Part shown: one piece after another, positions 34,920 to 44,161 of the stretch | Layout: the number at the start of each line of letters is the position of its first letter | How positions within the stretch are numbered: the first letter of the stretch is position 1 | Sequence record: MH460460.1 | DNA length: 64,000 bases | Reading direction: 5' to 3' (one strand) | Program-made: the position numbers and the translations under genes | The notes under the pieces: model-generated | Databases searched by the model: none | Seen by the model: only the letters and a program-made list of their open reading frames with translations | What the model was told of the DNA's origin: nothing

Positions 34920-36014
34920 TTATGCGCGTTGTGCTTTAGCCACGGAGCGAACGTTAGCCAGCGTGAAGGAGAACACGCTAGACAGCAGCCAACCACGATC
35001 AGTAGAACCCTGATTCGCGCCAGAAGTCGGCTGAGACTGAGTGCCGCCGCGAGTGGTGTACATCGCGTGGTAATCCTGATCAGCTACAACGTACAGTTCG
35101 CCGTCATTCAGAACACGATGTTCCGGAGCGCGGAAACCATCAGTTACCAGATCCAGACCGAGCAGAGTTCCGAGACGACCAGTAGTGATCAGTTCGTACT
35201 TACTTACCGGATCGAGAGCAGAGGTAAACTGATCGTTACCGATAATGTCGTTCCAGTAATCGGCTGCCAGAATCGCAGTGCTTACCGGCATAGGCCACGC
35301 GCTTACTTGCTGTTTCAGAACAGACAGCAGGCGCGGAGTCAGTTCGCCGTGAATGTAAGTTACCGGGTTAGCCATACCGACAGAACGATCCGCCGCTTCT
35401 TTCCAGAGACGATCTTCTGCAACCATGATAGATTGCAGACCGTCTTGCTGCGCACGATCCAGCAGGTCGCCGTTGATCTGTTCCAGATCCATGCGAGAAA
35501 CACGGATGATGGATTTCAGTTCAAACTCGTCCGGAGTGAATACACGACCGCGCAGTTGGCGATAACCATATTCAGAAGGACCGGTTGCAATAATTGCCTG
35601 GGCCTGGTGAGTTTTCAGTTCGACACGAGGAACGTCGCCCTGACGAACAGTTGCGCCTTTACAGATACGACGCAGCAGACCTTGACGTTCAGCACGGTCT
35701 TCGATTGCGCCAACGATACTTGCGCCGAGAGAATCCCACTTCGCCGGATCAGCAGCAGCTTCTTCGATCAGTTGACGGTTTTCTTCGCGAATCTGATCTT
35801 TGGTCATGCCAACGTGAGATTCAGAAACTTCCTGAATGTCGCCGTTTTGTGCGGCGTTCAGCAGTTGGCCGATACGACCGATAAGATCTTTCTTGCTGAT
35901 CGCGTTCACTTCGCCAGTCGATTCAGACAGAATACGCTCACCGTTAATTTTCAGATCGTGCAACGGGTCGCCGTTACGCAGAACAACTTTAGCACCACGC
36001 AGTTGATTTTTCAT
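34920..36014 (-). CDS. Major capsid protein (HK97-type fold)
   Basis: Follows the protease, scaffold and decoration genes; strongest codon bias (long antisense ORF); GGAG RBS; 3' hairpins; RRICKGATVRQGDVP...MVAEDRLW segments fit the HK97 layout. Confidence 0.8.
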   Translation of the reverse strand: MKNQLRGAKVVLRNGDPLHDLKINGERILSESTGEVNAISKKDLIGRIGQLLNAAQNGDIQEVSESHVGMTKDQIREENRQLIEEAAADPAKWDSLGASIVGAIEDRAERQGLLRRICKGATVRQGDVPRVELKTHQAQAIIATGPSEYGYRQLRGRVFTPDEFELKSIIRVSRMDLEQINGDLLDRAQQDGLQSIMVAEDRLWKEAADRSVGMANPVTYIHGELTPRLLSVLKQQVSAWPMPVSTAILAADYWNDIIGNDQFTSALDPVSKYELITTGRLGTLLGLDLVTDGFRAPEHRVLNDGELYVVADQDYHAMYTTRGGTQSQPTSGANQGSTDRGWLLSSVFSFTLANVRSVAKAQRA

Positions 36015-36066
36015 TTAATACTCCAGAAATTCTTTTTCAGTTTAAAGTTTTTTGCGAGGTGTGTTA

Positions 36067-36771
36067 TTACACGCCCGGCGTTGCCAGTTCGAAGGTTGCG
36101 TAACCGTTGGTTGCGTCCGGCGCTTTCTTGATGATAACACCTTTCAGCAGAGTACCGTTACCGCCGATAGTCAGCAGACCACCCGCGCCGAGAGACGGAT
36201 TCAGAACGGTGTCATTCTGCCAGTCAGCGGAAGCGTCGATCATGTTGGTAGAAATGTTACCCAACTTGATGTAAGCAACACGCTGGCGAATGTTGGTAGG
36301 CAGACCACCAACCGGAGCATCACCAGTGATTGCGCGAGCTTCGCTTACAGACAGTTCCCACGCGTACTGAATGTGAACTTTTTTGCCGATATCCGCAGAG
36401 TTGAATTTCAGTTCTGCGCCGTCGAAAGCAACTTCGCCAGCATCCGGAGCAGCGCCGCCAGTAACTTCATCAGCTTTGGTTTTTGCGATCTTAACCAGAG
36501 TCTGACCAGCTTTCGGTTGACGTTGCAGAGTGTATGCCAGAGTTGCGTCGATGGTGAATTCTTCAACCATGATCTGATACGCAGGCGGCATGTTACGTGC
36601 CATTGCGAAACCAGCGAAGATTTCACCCTGAACACCGCGAGACAGTTTCAGATAGTTTTTGCCGTTCTCACGATGCCAAACCAGAGCAACGCCTTCTTCG
36701 TGAATGACTTCACCCGGCAGCAGATCAGCTTCATTAGACATTACAATGTCAGTTGCGATTTGATACAACAT
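36067..36771 (-). CDS. Putative head decoration/cement protein
   Basis: Directly before the capsid gene, high codon bias; start moved to MLYQIA at 36771 (GGAG RBS). Confidence 0.55.
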   Translation of the reverse strand: MLYQIATDIVMSNEADLLPGEVIHEEGVALVWHRENGKNYLKLSRGVQGEIFAGFAMARNMPPAYQIMVEEFTIDATLAYTLQRQPKAGQTLVKIAKTKADEVTGGAAPDAGEVAFDGAELKFNSADIGKKVHIQYAWELSVSEARAITGDAPVGGLPTNIRQRVAYIKLGNISTNMIDASADWQNDTVLNPSLGAGGLLTIGGNGTLLKGVIIKKAPDATNGYATFELATPGV

Positions 36772-36840
36772 AGTTTTATATCTCCGAAAATAAATTTGAA
36801 TGAATTGTGTTTGCAATTCAAGTGTCAAATCGGGAGCGAA

Positions 36841-38799
36841 TTAACGCCCGAAACGACGGCGCAGAATGTCATCGAAAGATTCTTTAGAAGAACTTTGCGA
36901 TTCGACGGTTTCCAAACTTTCTTCACGTTCTTCTTTAGAAACGCTAGGAACTTTCGGAGCTTCTTTCGTCTGACGTACAGTACCAGCGGTGCCAGCAACT
37001 GCTTCGGCGATTTCGTTCTGCGCAACTTCGGATTTAGCCATCAGTGCATCAGCCTGAGACAGAGAAGCACGCAGGAAATCTTCCGAGTTGTTAAAGAATG
37101 CACGCTCAACCAGAGGACGCGGATCTGCAATACCTGCATTACGCAGAGTAGCGCAAAGTGATTCAACAACAGGGTTGCTGGAATCGCGCCAGAAGTTGCG
37201 AGTGATGCCGAGCATCGAAGTGGACAGTGCCGCAACGAAACGCTCACGATGAGCTTCGACCATATCGCTAACAGTGGAGTTTACCGTAGAGGAAACACTG
37301 TTAACGCGAGCGTCAGCTTCCGCAGTCAGCATTTTGCTAACAGACAGTTGCATAACAAAAGGTTCGAAACCAAAGTTTTTGCAGGTTTCTTCAACGCCAG
37401 CGTTATGCAGAGATTTACTCACGGCGCGAATGAAATCTTCTTTATCGAAGACGCGACGCGCAGAATCTTCGCCAGCGGCATTGCTAAAGCTACTGAAAGT
37501 AGCGCGTGCAATAGGTTGACCGTCATAGAACAGGTGAACCGCAGGAACACGACCGTTAACAGTGCGAGAGATAGAAACCAGCGACGGATCGAGATTTTCA
37601 TGTTCTGCTTTAACAGCAGACAGGCTATCGAAAGAGCGAACTTCCGCAGCGGTTTCGTCGTTGGCATTCAGATTACGAACAGAACTTTCGGATTCGAAAT
37701 CTTCGTCTTCTTCATCGTCGAAATCGTCATCCTCATCTTCCTCTTCGTCGTCGTCGAATTCTTCATCATCGAATTCTTCTTCGTCGTCGAAGTCATCTTC
37801 TTCGTCGTCATCATCGCCGGAGCAGGACGTTTTAGATTTGGATTCAGAGTCGAAATCTTCGTCGTCCTCTTCTTCCTCATCATCGAATTCTTCATCATCG
37901 AATTCTTCGTCGTCCTCTTCTTCGTCTTCGTCGGAAGAAGATTCAGAATCAAACTCTTCGTCATCTTCATCTTCTTCGTCGTCGTCGAAGCCTTCGTCGT
38001 CTTCCAGTTCCTCTTCTTCCAGAATATCAGAAGAATCATCGTCACTGCTTTCAGAAGCAATGTCGATCAGCGGTGCGGAACAGTGAGCGCAGAAAACGGT
38101 GTCATCATCGGTTGCGATAGTGAACGGAGCCGCGCAATTTGCAGAGCAAGAATATACGTGAGCTTCCAGTTTACCATTCGAAGACAGCGCCTGAATTTCT
38201 TCGCTTTCCAGAACTTTGGATTCGCTAATCGGCAGACAGCTATACGGATCAAAGTGAACGCCATCAGCGCAAGCAACAAAACTTGTTGCGGAGGACAGAG
38301 CAGTAACTACGTCCTGTTTGCGAATCGCGTTAGCCAGATTCTGTTTTGCGTTTGCCAGCGTAGTACCCACGGCAACAACAGAAGAACGAGAAACAGATTC
38401 TTTGTTTTCGTTTTCCATGTGGTCGAGAATACGATCATCAGAAACTTCTTCCAGACTTGCAGAGCAAGACGGGCAATGCGTAATATTCGCACTGCTATCG
38501 CTAACGATGTGGCAACCACAACCATCTAAACAGATGTGATATTGTGCTTTCACGTTAGCGGCAGAAGATTCGGATTGGAATTCGGCCTGCGCCACCAACT
38601 CAGCGTCTTCTTCAAGCAGCTTAGTGCTGCCTTTCGGATCGAAAAGGTCAACGTTGCTTTGCGAAGCATATACGTCGCCGCTTTCAGAACGGTAGAACAT
38701 GGAGTTCTGACCAGTTGCAGTTTTGCGGAAGTTTTCGACTGCTTGAGCGTGGCTGCCACCGACACTAACAATCCCCGCCAGACGGGTAGTTTTAGGCAT
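36841..38799 (-). CDS. Scaffold/prohead core-like protein with zinc-ribbon motifs and a long D/E tract
   Basis: Between the protease and capsid genes; CPSC and CAHC motifs; about 125-aa acidic tract; start moved to MPKTTR at 38799. Confidence 0.55.
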   Translation of the reverse strand: MPKTTRLAGIVSVGGSHAQAVENFRKTATGQNSMFYRSESGDVYASQSNVDLFDPKGSTKLLEEDAELVAQAEFQSESSAANVKAQYHICLDGCGCHIVSDSSANITHCPSCSASLEEVSDDRILDHMENENKESVSRSSVVAVGTTLANAKQNLANAIRKQDVVTALSSATSFVACADGVHFDPYSCLPISESKVLESEEIQALSSNGKLEAHVYSCSANCAAPFTIATDDDTVFCAHCSAPLIDIASESSDDDSSDILEEEELEDDEGFDDDEEDEDDEEFDSESSSDEDEEEDDEEFDDEEFDDEEEEDDEDFDSESKSKTSCSGDDDDEEDDFDDEEEFDDEEFDDDEEEDEDDDFDDEEDEDFESESSVRNLNANDETAAEVRSFDSLSAVKAEHENLDPSLVSISRTVNGRVPAVHLFYDGQPIARATFSSFSNAAGEDSARRVFDKEDFIRAVSKSLHNAGVEETCKNFGFEPFVMQLSVSKMLTAEADARVNSVSSTVNSTVSDMVEAHRERFVAALSTSMLGITRNFWRDSSNPVVESLCATLRNAGIADPRPLVERAFFNNSEDFLRASLSQADALMAKSEVAQNEIAEAVAGTAGTVRQTKEAPKVPSVSKEEREESLETVESQSSSKESFDDILRRRFGR

Positions 38800-38882
38800 G
38801 GTGAAACCCTCTATAAATAAGTCGGTTATCGACACATTAAAATTAATGAATGCAGGAAATTTTCGAAAGTTTTTGAAACTTT

Positions 38883-39986
38883 TTAAAGCGTCCGGCTTTC
38901 AATATCTTCATCCGGAATATAGCGGTTTACGAAGTATTTTTCGACTACCTCAATTCCGTTTAGTGCATAAACTTTTCGCAAACTATCTCCCCAAACCATC
39001 AGTTCGGCAAGCGTAGCGAAATGTTCCATTGCCATCGTGTTTTTCCCGGCGGCAACGTTTCGTATTGGATGAATGTCTTTGCCTGCGATTGCCGCTTTGA
39101 ATTTCATTCTATCCACATTTCGAAGTAAGGTTGTATCAATGAAATGCGCCAGTTCATGAGTAATAACATGAGCAACGCTTTTACTATTGAAACCGCCCAA
39201 CAACTTAACGATTTGTTTCGGGTCGAGGATGATTACACCGTACTGAACGCCCTGATAACGAGTGTTCAAAATAAAGCATCCATCATCACTTAAACCGAGT
39301 CCGATAAACAAACGTTTAAACGGCAACGGAACTTTTAATCCGATTGCTGGCATAACGTTGTCCTGAATATCTTGCATTACATAATCAGGGCAAGAGCGAG
39401 CGGATATACTGGAGCGCAAACCTGTTTTCAAATAATCCTCGTAGCTTTGAACTTCGAGTTTTACTTTGCCGCATTTCTCCAGTTTCTTCACTTCGTAGTT
39501 ATTAATGCTGCCGCCACCGTAAACAGTGTTCGCGTATTTCAGCGGCTTTAACTGTTTATAGTTAACGTGGCCTTTTTCCTGAACCTCCTGCGCACGTCGC
39601 GTATTTGCAACTTCTTCCGTTTCGTTAGAAACAGGTGCTGGAGCAGGAACAGCACTTTTATTCACCTGCGAAGGATAAGCTGTAGGTGCCGGAATCGGCG
39701 CAGCAATTTCAGGCTTCGGAGTCTCCGAAACGTTCGCTTCTGGTATATCGAAATTAAAATTTTCAGGAAAAAGTTTCGAAGGATTTGCAGTAAATTCACG
39801 AGAATCTTCGCGTACCTTATTTCCTATTTCAATGGATACCGGAACCACTTGTGATTGTTTTGGACTGGCAATATAAGCAACGCCATCACCAAACGCAATG
39901 CCAACAACATCACGCGTAGTTATTTCCACTCCATTGGATCTCAGCGGTTCCCCGCCTAAATAACGATAGAAAGTAAAATCTCTCAT
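38883..39986 (-). CDS. Zincin-like metallopeptidase-domain protein
   Basis: ITHELAHFID (HExxH) and downstream MEHFA; N-terminal recurrent YRYxG domain followed by a Pro/Ala linker. Confidence 0.65.
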   Translation of the reverse strand: MRDFTFYRYLGGEPLRSNGVEITTRDVVGIAFGDGVAYIASPKQSQVVPVSIEIGNKVREDSREFTANPSKLFPENFNFDIPEANVSETPKPEIAAPIPAPTAYPSQVNKSAVPAPAPVSNETEEVANTRRAQEVQEKGHVNYKQLKPLKYANTVYGGGSINNYEVKKLEKCGKVKLEVQSYEDYLKTGLRSSISARSCPDYVMQDIQDNVMPAIGLKVPLPFKRLFIGLGLSDDGCFILNTRYQGVQYGVIILDPKQIVKLLGGFNSKSVAHVITHELAHFIDTTLLRNVDRMKFKAAIAGKDIHPIRNVAAGKNTMAMEHFATLAELMVWGDSLRKVYALNGIEVVEKYFVNRYIPDEDIESRTL

Positions 39987-40804
39987 CAGCGTTTAATCTG
40001 CATCAGTTGGTTGACTTCGGTTGCAGCACATGCGAATGCAGGATCATCAACAGAACTACATTCAAAACCAGTGAGCAACAAACAGTTACGATATGCGAGA
40101 CGGCCTGAACGCACATCAAGTTTCGTAGGCACATTGAATGCAGTATGTTCGCAGAAGTTACGAGTTTTAGGCGTAACCAAACGACCGCAAATACTACACT
40201 CATACGCTTTGTAAGTTGTGCCTTTCGAATAGGTGTTCAGTTCACCCGAAAGAATACGGCGGCAACGTTCCGGTTCAAGCGTGCGGTCAAATGCCAGCAG
40301 CAAACTCAGAACAGCGTGATTACCACGGAAACCAACCAGCGGAGATAAATGACTATCAAAAATAATTCCGCGTGCTTTGGTGTAGTCTTTGTTCGCGTGT
40401 TCAATAAAAGTTGGTTTTCCTTTAAAAGTTTGGAACGCCAGCTTTCCTTGATCCGGGTTAAAGCGCAACCATTCTTCTTTCGAGAATCCATCGCCGTTGG
40501 TGTTCGGCAATTCAGTTACGTTAACCGGAACCGGAACAATGATATAATCGCGAATATCTTTCGACGTGTTATAAACTTCCGCAGCTTTCGGCAACCACAC
40601 ATTGATATCCAGCATCAAATCACTGGATGCGCCAATGCGATTACCTGCAATGCGAATAGATTTATTATCGCGAGAGGCTTCTTCTTTATGAAGATCGATT
40701 GGTGCCATTCCGGTGTGTTGCGTAGAACTCAGGTCGAAAGATTTACTTTCAACGGAATTGCTAATTGCCGCAACCGTTCCTTCATTTTTAAGTCGGATTG
40801 TCAT
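39986..40804 (-). CDS. Prohead (capsid maturation) protease
   Basis: NTNGDGF...TFKGKPTFIEH...YSKG..YECSICG...CEH...FECSSVDDPAF pattern; upstream of the scaffold and capsid genes. Confidence 0.75.
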   Translation of the reverse strand: MTIRLKNEGTVAAISNSVESKSFDLSSTQHTGMAPIDLHKEEASRDNKSIRIAGNRIGASSDLMLDINVWLPKAAEVYNTSKDIRDYIIVPVPVNVTELPNTNGDGFSKEEWLRFNPDQGKLAFQTFKGKPTFIEHANKDYTKARGIIFDSHLSPLVGFRGNHAVLSLLLAFDRTLEPERCRRILSGELNTYSKGTTYKAYECSICGRLVTPKTRNFCEHTAFNVPTKLDVRSGRLAYRNCLLLTGFECSSVDDPAFACAATEVNQLMQIKR

Positions 40805-40810
40805 ATTGTT

Positions 40811-41233
40811 TTACCTGTAGTTCTTTTTGTTTTCGTCAGAATCAACGAGATAAATGCGTCCTTCCGGAGCAAGATATTTGTCGCCGTCGCAGTCTTCGAG
40901 AGCATAGAACAAACGACCGCCCTTCATAATCGCGTAAATGATTTTGGCATACAAAAAGTTTTCCGGATACTTATCGCCAAACCTGCGATACTCAACTTCC
41001 AATCCGGGATACATTACATCAAAACTTTTCGTGCTATATACAGGACGAACAACACGGCTCGAATCAATATATTCGGTGCCGTTGCAGTGTTCGATCATGT
41101 AACCTGCTTTATCCTTTCCAATAAGGATTCCTTTCACAACACCGCGAGAAGTGCCGCCGCAATTCCCTTGATCATTTTGCCATTTAAATTCGACAATATC
41201 TTCGATGTTATAATCAAAACTAAATTGAGGCAT
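40811..41233 (-). CDS. Hypothetical protein with two SH3/KOW-like repeats
   Basis: YNIEDIVEF...GYMIE and YPGLEVEY...FYALE repeats. Confidence 0.55.
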   Translation of the reverse strand: MPQFSFDYNIEDIVEFKWQNDQGNCGGTSRGVVKGILIGKDKAGYMIEHCNGTEYIDSSRVVRPVYSTKSFDVMYPGLEVEYRRFGDKYPENFLYAKIIYAIMKGGRLFYALEDCDGDKYLAPEGRIYLVDSDENKKNYR

Positions 41234-41237
41234 ACAA

Positions 41238-42125
41238 TTACCTTAACGCAGAACGCGCCCAAGTTTTTGCAAGTTCAAGAGAAAGGCGTTGCGGATTATG
41301 GAGTTTAACTTCTCCGCTATGCACTGCCGTATACGGTTCGTTTTGATTTTCACCTTTACCGCTACGGAATGCAGCTTCATTGAATCCGTGGAACAGCGTT
41401 GTAATCCAGCCGCTGCCTTTTGGATTCTGTTCGCCAAGTTTTTTATCCCAACGAATAACACCGCACGTTTCGCCACCAACACAAACCAGATAGCAAACTT
41501 TCTCGCCACCTGTATAAATGTCTTTTTGTTTATGCGTGCGGAAAGTTACACGGCTAGATTCAGAAACAACGTCGTCTTGTTTCTTGCGCAGATTGCCGGA
41601 AGTTTTCTGTTTCAGATCGTCGATATCCAACGTACTCCAATAGCTTTCAAACAGCGCCACCAGTTTGTTAGCGATAGGAATATCATCGAGCATGTTAATC
41701 TGCGCAATGGTGCTGGAAGGATCATCAATGATTCGATTCACAAAAAAGGAACCAACAACCACCGGAAGCACACTGCGTTGTGCTGGATTAGTTACGCCAG
41801 CAGCATTGAGATAGTTATTGCTCAGGCCAATCGCGAGACGTGCCAAAACAATAAAAGTTTCTTTCTCAGTTGCGTTAGCGATAGTCGCCATCAAACGAGC
41901 AGCAACAGCAGGATCGGCGGTACGTTGTGCCAAGCCTTCGATTTCGACTTTGGACAAAGACTTTCCGAGTTTCTTTTGTGCGGCAAGTTCGAATGCGTTT
42001 TCGAGTTTAATTGAGTTTGCACGGTTCAAACTATTTTCGATTTTCTGTACAGTTTCTTCGGACGAAGAAAGAGAAATGCCCGTATTCCTACGGGCAACGT
42101 TATGGCGTCGTCTTACTTGCGGCAT
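41238..42125 (-). CDS. Hypothetical protein (about 295 aa)
   Basis: Start moved to MPQVRR at 42125 (GAGG RBS). Confidence 0.65.
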   Translation of the reverse strand: MPQVRRRHNVARRNTGISLSSSEETVQKIENSLNRANSIKLENAFELAAQKKLGKSLSKVEIEGLAQRTADPAVAARLMATIANATEKETFIVLARLAIGLSNNYLNAAGVTNPAQRSVLPVVVGSFFVNRIIDDPSSTIAQINMLDDIPIANKLVALFESYWSTLDIDDLKQKTSGNLRKKQDDVVSESSRVTFRTHKQKDIYTGGEKVCYLVCVGGETCGVIRWDKKLGEQNPKGSGWITTLFHGFNEAAFRSGKGENQNEPYTAVHSGEVKLHNPQRLSLELAKTWARSALR

Positions 42126-42132
42126 GATAACC

Positions 42133-43233
42133 TCATTGAGATTTCTGCAACTTTTCCAGTAATCCAGACGATTTGAGAGACTCATTCACATCAAGACCAC
42201 GTACAGAACATAGTTGCGCATAATAATGAATCGCCTTATCCACCATGCCGAGAGATTCGCAGCACTGATAAGCTATATTCAAACACAGGTCTAAATTACT
42301 TTGTGATGAGTCAAAAAGAAGAGGAGTTTGATTTTTTGCATTGATTCCTTGAAGCGCCAATGCGAGCGCATAAACATAGTCGCCATAGCGGAACATGATA
42401 TCCGCAAACGTTCCATAGCTTTCAGAACGATCTGGACGAGCAGCAATTGCCATATTGCCTGCGCTGATTGCAGTGTGTCGATCACCAACCATGTAAGCGG
42501 CACAACTCAGTTCAACGTTAATCAGGCAAATGTAATCTTCCCAATATGCAAGTTTGTTAAGTCGGGCGATTTCAGAAACGGCTTCTTGATATGCCTGCTT
42601 ATCAATATTTTTTGCAGTACATGAGTCCAAAACGCGATAGCAAAGTTCACGCGCATAATAAAACAAACTGCGCTCATCGCGAGGATTATCGGTAACGTCT
42701 GCCGCCAGTTCGGGCAAATAGTTACGTGGCTTTTCCAAATCAGGATAATGCGTTGTGTGAAAGTCTGCATCCACAACCGATTCCGGAAGGTTGTCGATTT
42801 TTACTAAAACTTCATGCGCACGATATTTCCACGCATAACGTTTTTTCAAATAGGCTTTGTGTTGGAAATAAACACTGCCATTATTGTGCATATTGATGCG
42901 CACAGTATCCGGAACCGCAGGAAGAGACTTTAACGATTCAACCCAATCAGGATCGGAGAAACGTTCGTCGATATCCAACCACACAATTAAATCATCAGGC
43001 TTAAAAGGCGCTGCCGCAAGGTTACGACTTTCGCCGAGATTTCTGCCGCCGTTCGGATCAATGTCATACGCGAAATGCAATTCCGGATGGTTGAACCGTT
43101 CGATAAATCTAACTGTATTGTCGGTGCTGCCAGTGTCAACGATAGAAATTGCATCGGCTTTCGCAACATGGTTTAAAAATTCTTCCATGTTCTTTTCTTC
43201 GTTGCGACAGATCGCAGCTACGCACACACGCAT
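42133..43233 (-). CDS. Glycosyltransferase family 2 with C-terminal TPR repeats
   Basis: VCVAAICRNEE..., IVDTGSTDNT, WLDIDE (DxD), WKYRAHE and RSLFYYARE motifs; start moved to 43233 (AAGGA RBS). Confidence 0.9.
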   Translation of the reverse strand: MRVCVAAICRNEEKNMEEFLNHVAKADAISIVDTGSTDNTVRFIERFNHPELHFAYDIDPNGGRNLGESRNLAAAPFKPDDLIVWLDIDERFSDPDWVESLKSLPAVPDTVRINMHNNGSVYFQHKAYLKKRYAWKYRAHEVLVKIDNLPESVVDADFHTTHYPDLEKPRNYLPELAADVTDNPRDERSLFYYARELCYRVLDSCTAKNIDKQAYQEAVSEIARLNKLAYWEDYICLINVELSCAAYMVGDRHTAISAGNMAIAARPDRSESYGTFADIMFRYGDYVYALALALQGINAKNQTPLLFDSSQSNLDLCLNIAYQCCESLGMVDKAIHYYAQLCSVRGLDVNESLKSSGLLEKLQKSQ

Positions 43234-43243
43234 AAGTGTTTCC

Positions 43244-44161
43244 TTAGATTTGAATGTTACCAGAGTCCGTCCAGCGAATGCCATAACGTTCTACAACCGT
43301 GAATTCGATTTCAGTAAACTTATTGAGATCGAGTTGACGGAAAGTTTTCGTAGGATCAGCAGGAAGCGGAGTTTGTTTTGTTTCAGTATACAGGTTGAGT
43401 TTAATCACAACATCGCCAGCAAGATGTTGTGGCTTGAATGTCTGCGCAGTGTCTTCCAACAAACCGCTCGCGAGAATATCGTCAAAGAAAGTATTGACGG
43501 TCATCGACAAGCCGCTATTTAGAATAGTTGGCGCGAATGCTAAAACTTGATCATAGAACGAACGGTTCCACGATGTATTGCCAATTAGCGTTCGCTGTTT
43601 CTTAATGCGCGTAATCTTCCCGTCTTTGACTTCGCGATATTGATCGTAATACCACGAAGCATAAACCATATGAACAGGAGGAAGATTCATTTCAGAAAAA
43701 TCAAACGCAGGCGCTACAACCATACGATGTTGAGTGCGATCAATATTGCGACGGAAAACATTCAACGAATATTCGTAACCGCGACGGCAATTGATTGTCA
43801 GATTGCTAACAACTGATTGCTGATAGCCATTAGTAACGGCATACGCAAAACAATCTTGCCCAACGAAACCAGCGAGCGGCGTATAGATAAAACTCTCGCC
43901 ATCAACGGAAAGTTTTACGGAGCCGTGTATAGGTTGACTGATAGGAATTAAAGTTAATCGCCATCCACGCTGAACAGGAACTTTATCGAGAACCCCCTCG
44001 CTAGGGGATTCCGATGTTTTAAAATCGCGTGCGCCCTGAATCATAATAGAGCGCAGCGGAATTTCAAAGTCTACGTTGTTCGGCGTTTCAAGCGTGAGAG
44101 CAGGTGCTACAGGAACATCATTGCGCCAGTAGTCTACAACACACGGTTTTGAAATCATCAC
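43244..44161 (-). CDS. Structural-type protein with an Ig/cadherin-like (Big_9 type) domain
   Basis: QPIHGSVKLSVDGESFIYTPLAGFVGQDCFAYAVTNG. Confidence 0.65.
   Translation of the reverse strand: MMISKPCVVDYWRNDVPVAPALTLETPNNVDFEIPLRSIMIQGARDFKTSESPSEGVLDKVPVQRGWRLTLIPISQPIHGSVKLSVDGESFIYTPLAGFVGQDCFAYAVTNGYQQSVVSNLTINCRRGYEYSLNVFRRNIDRTQHRMVVAPAFDFSEMNLPPVHMVYASWYYDQYREVKDGKITRIKKQRTLIGNTSWNRSFYDQVLAFAPTILNSGLSMTVNTFFDDILASGLLEDTAQTFKPQHLAGDVVIKLNLYTETKQTPLPADPTKTFRQLDLNKFTEIEFTVVERYGIRWTDSGNIQI

Noticed and set aside
31488-38529. Long plus-strand ORFs (31488-33014, 34866-36131, 36052-37161, 37249-38529, 37562-38086)
   Set aside because: These are antisense shadows of highly codon-biased sheath, capsid, decoration and acidic genes. 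They have no RBS, unnatural composition and no motifs.
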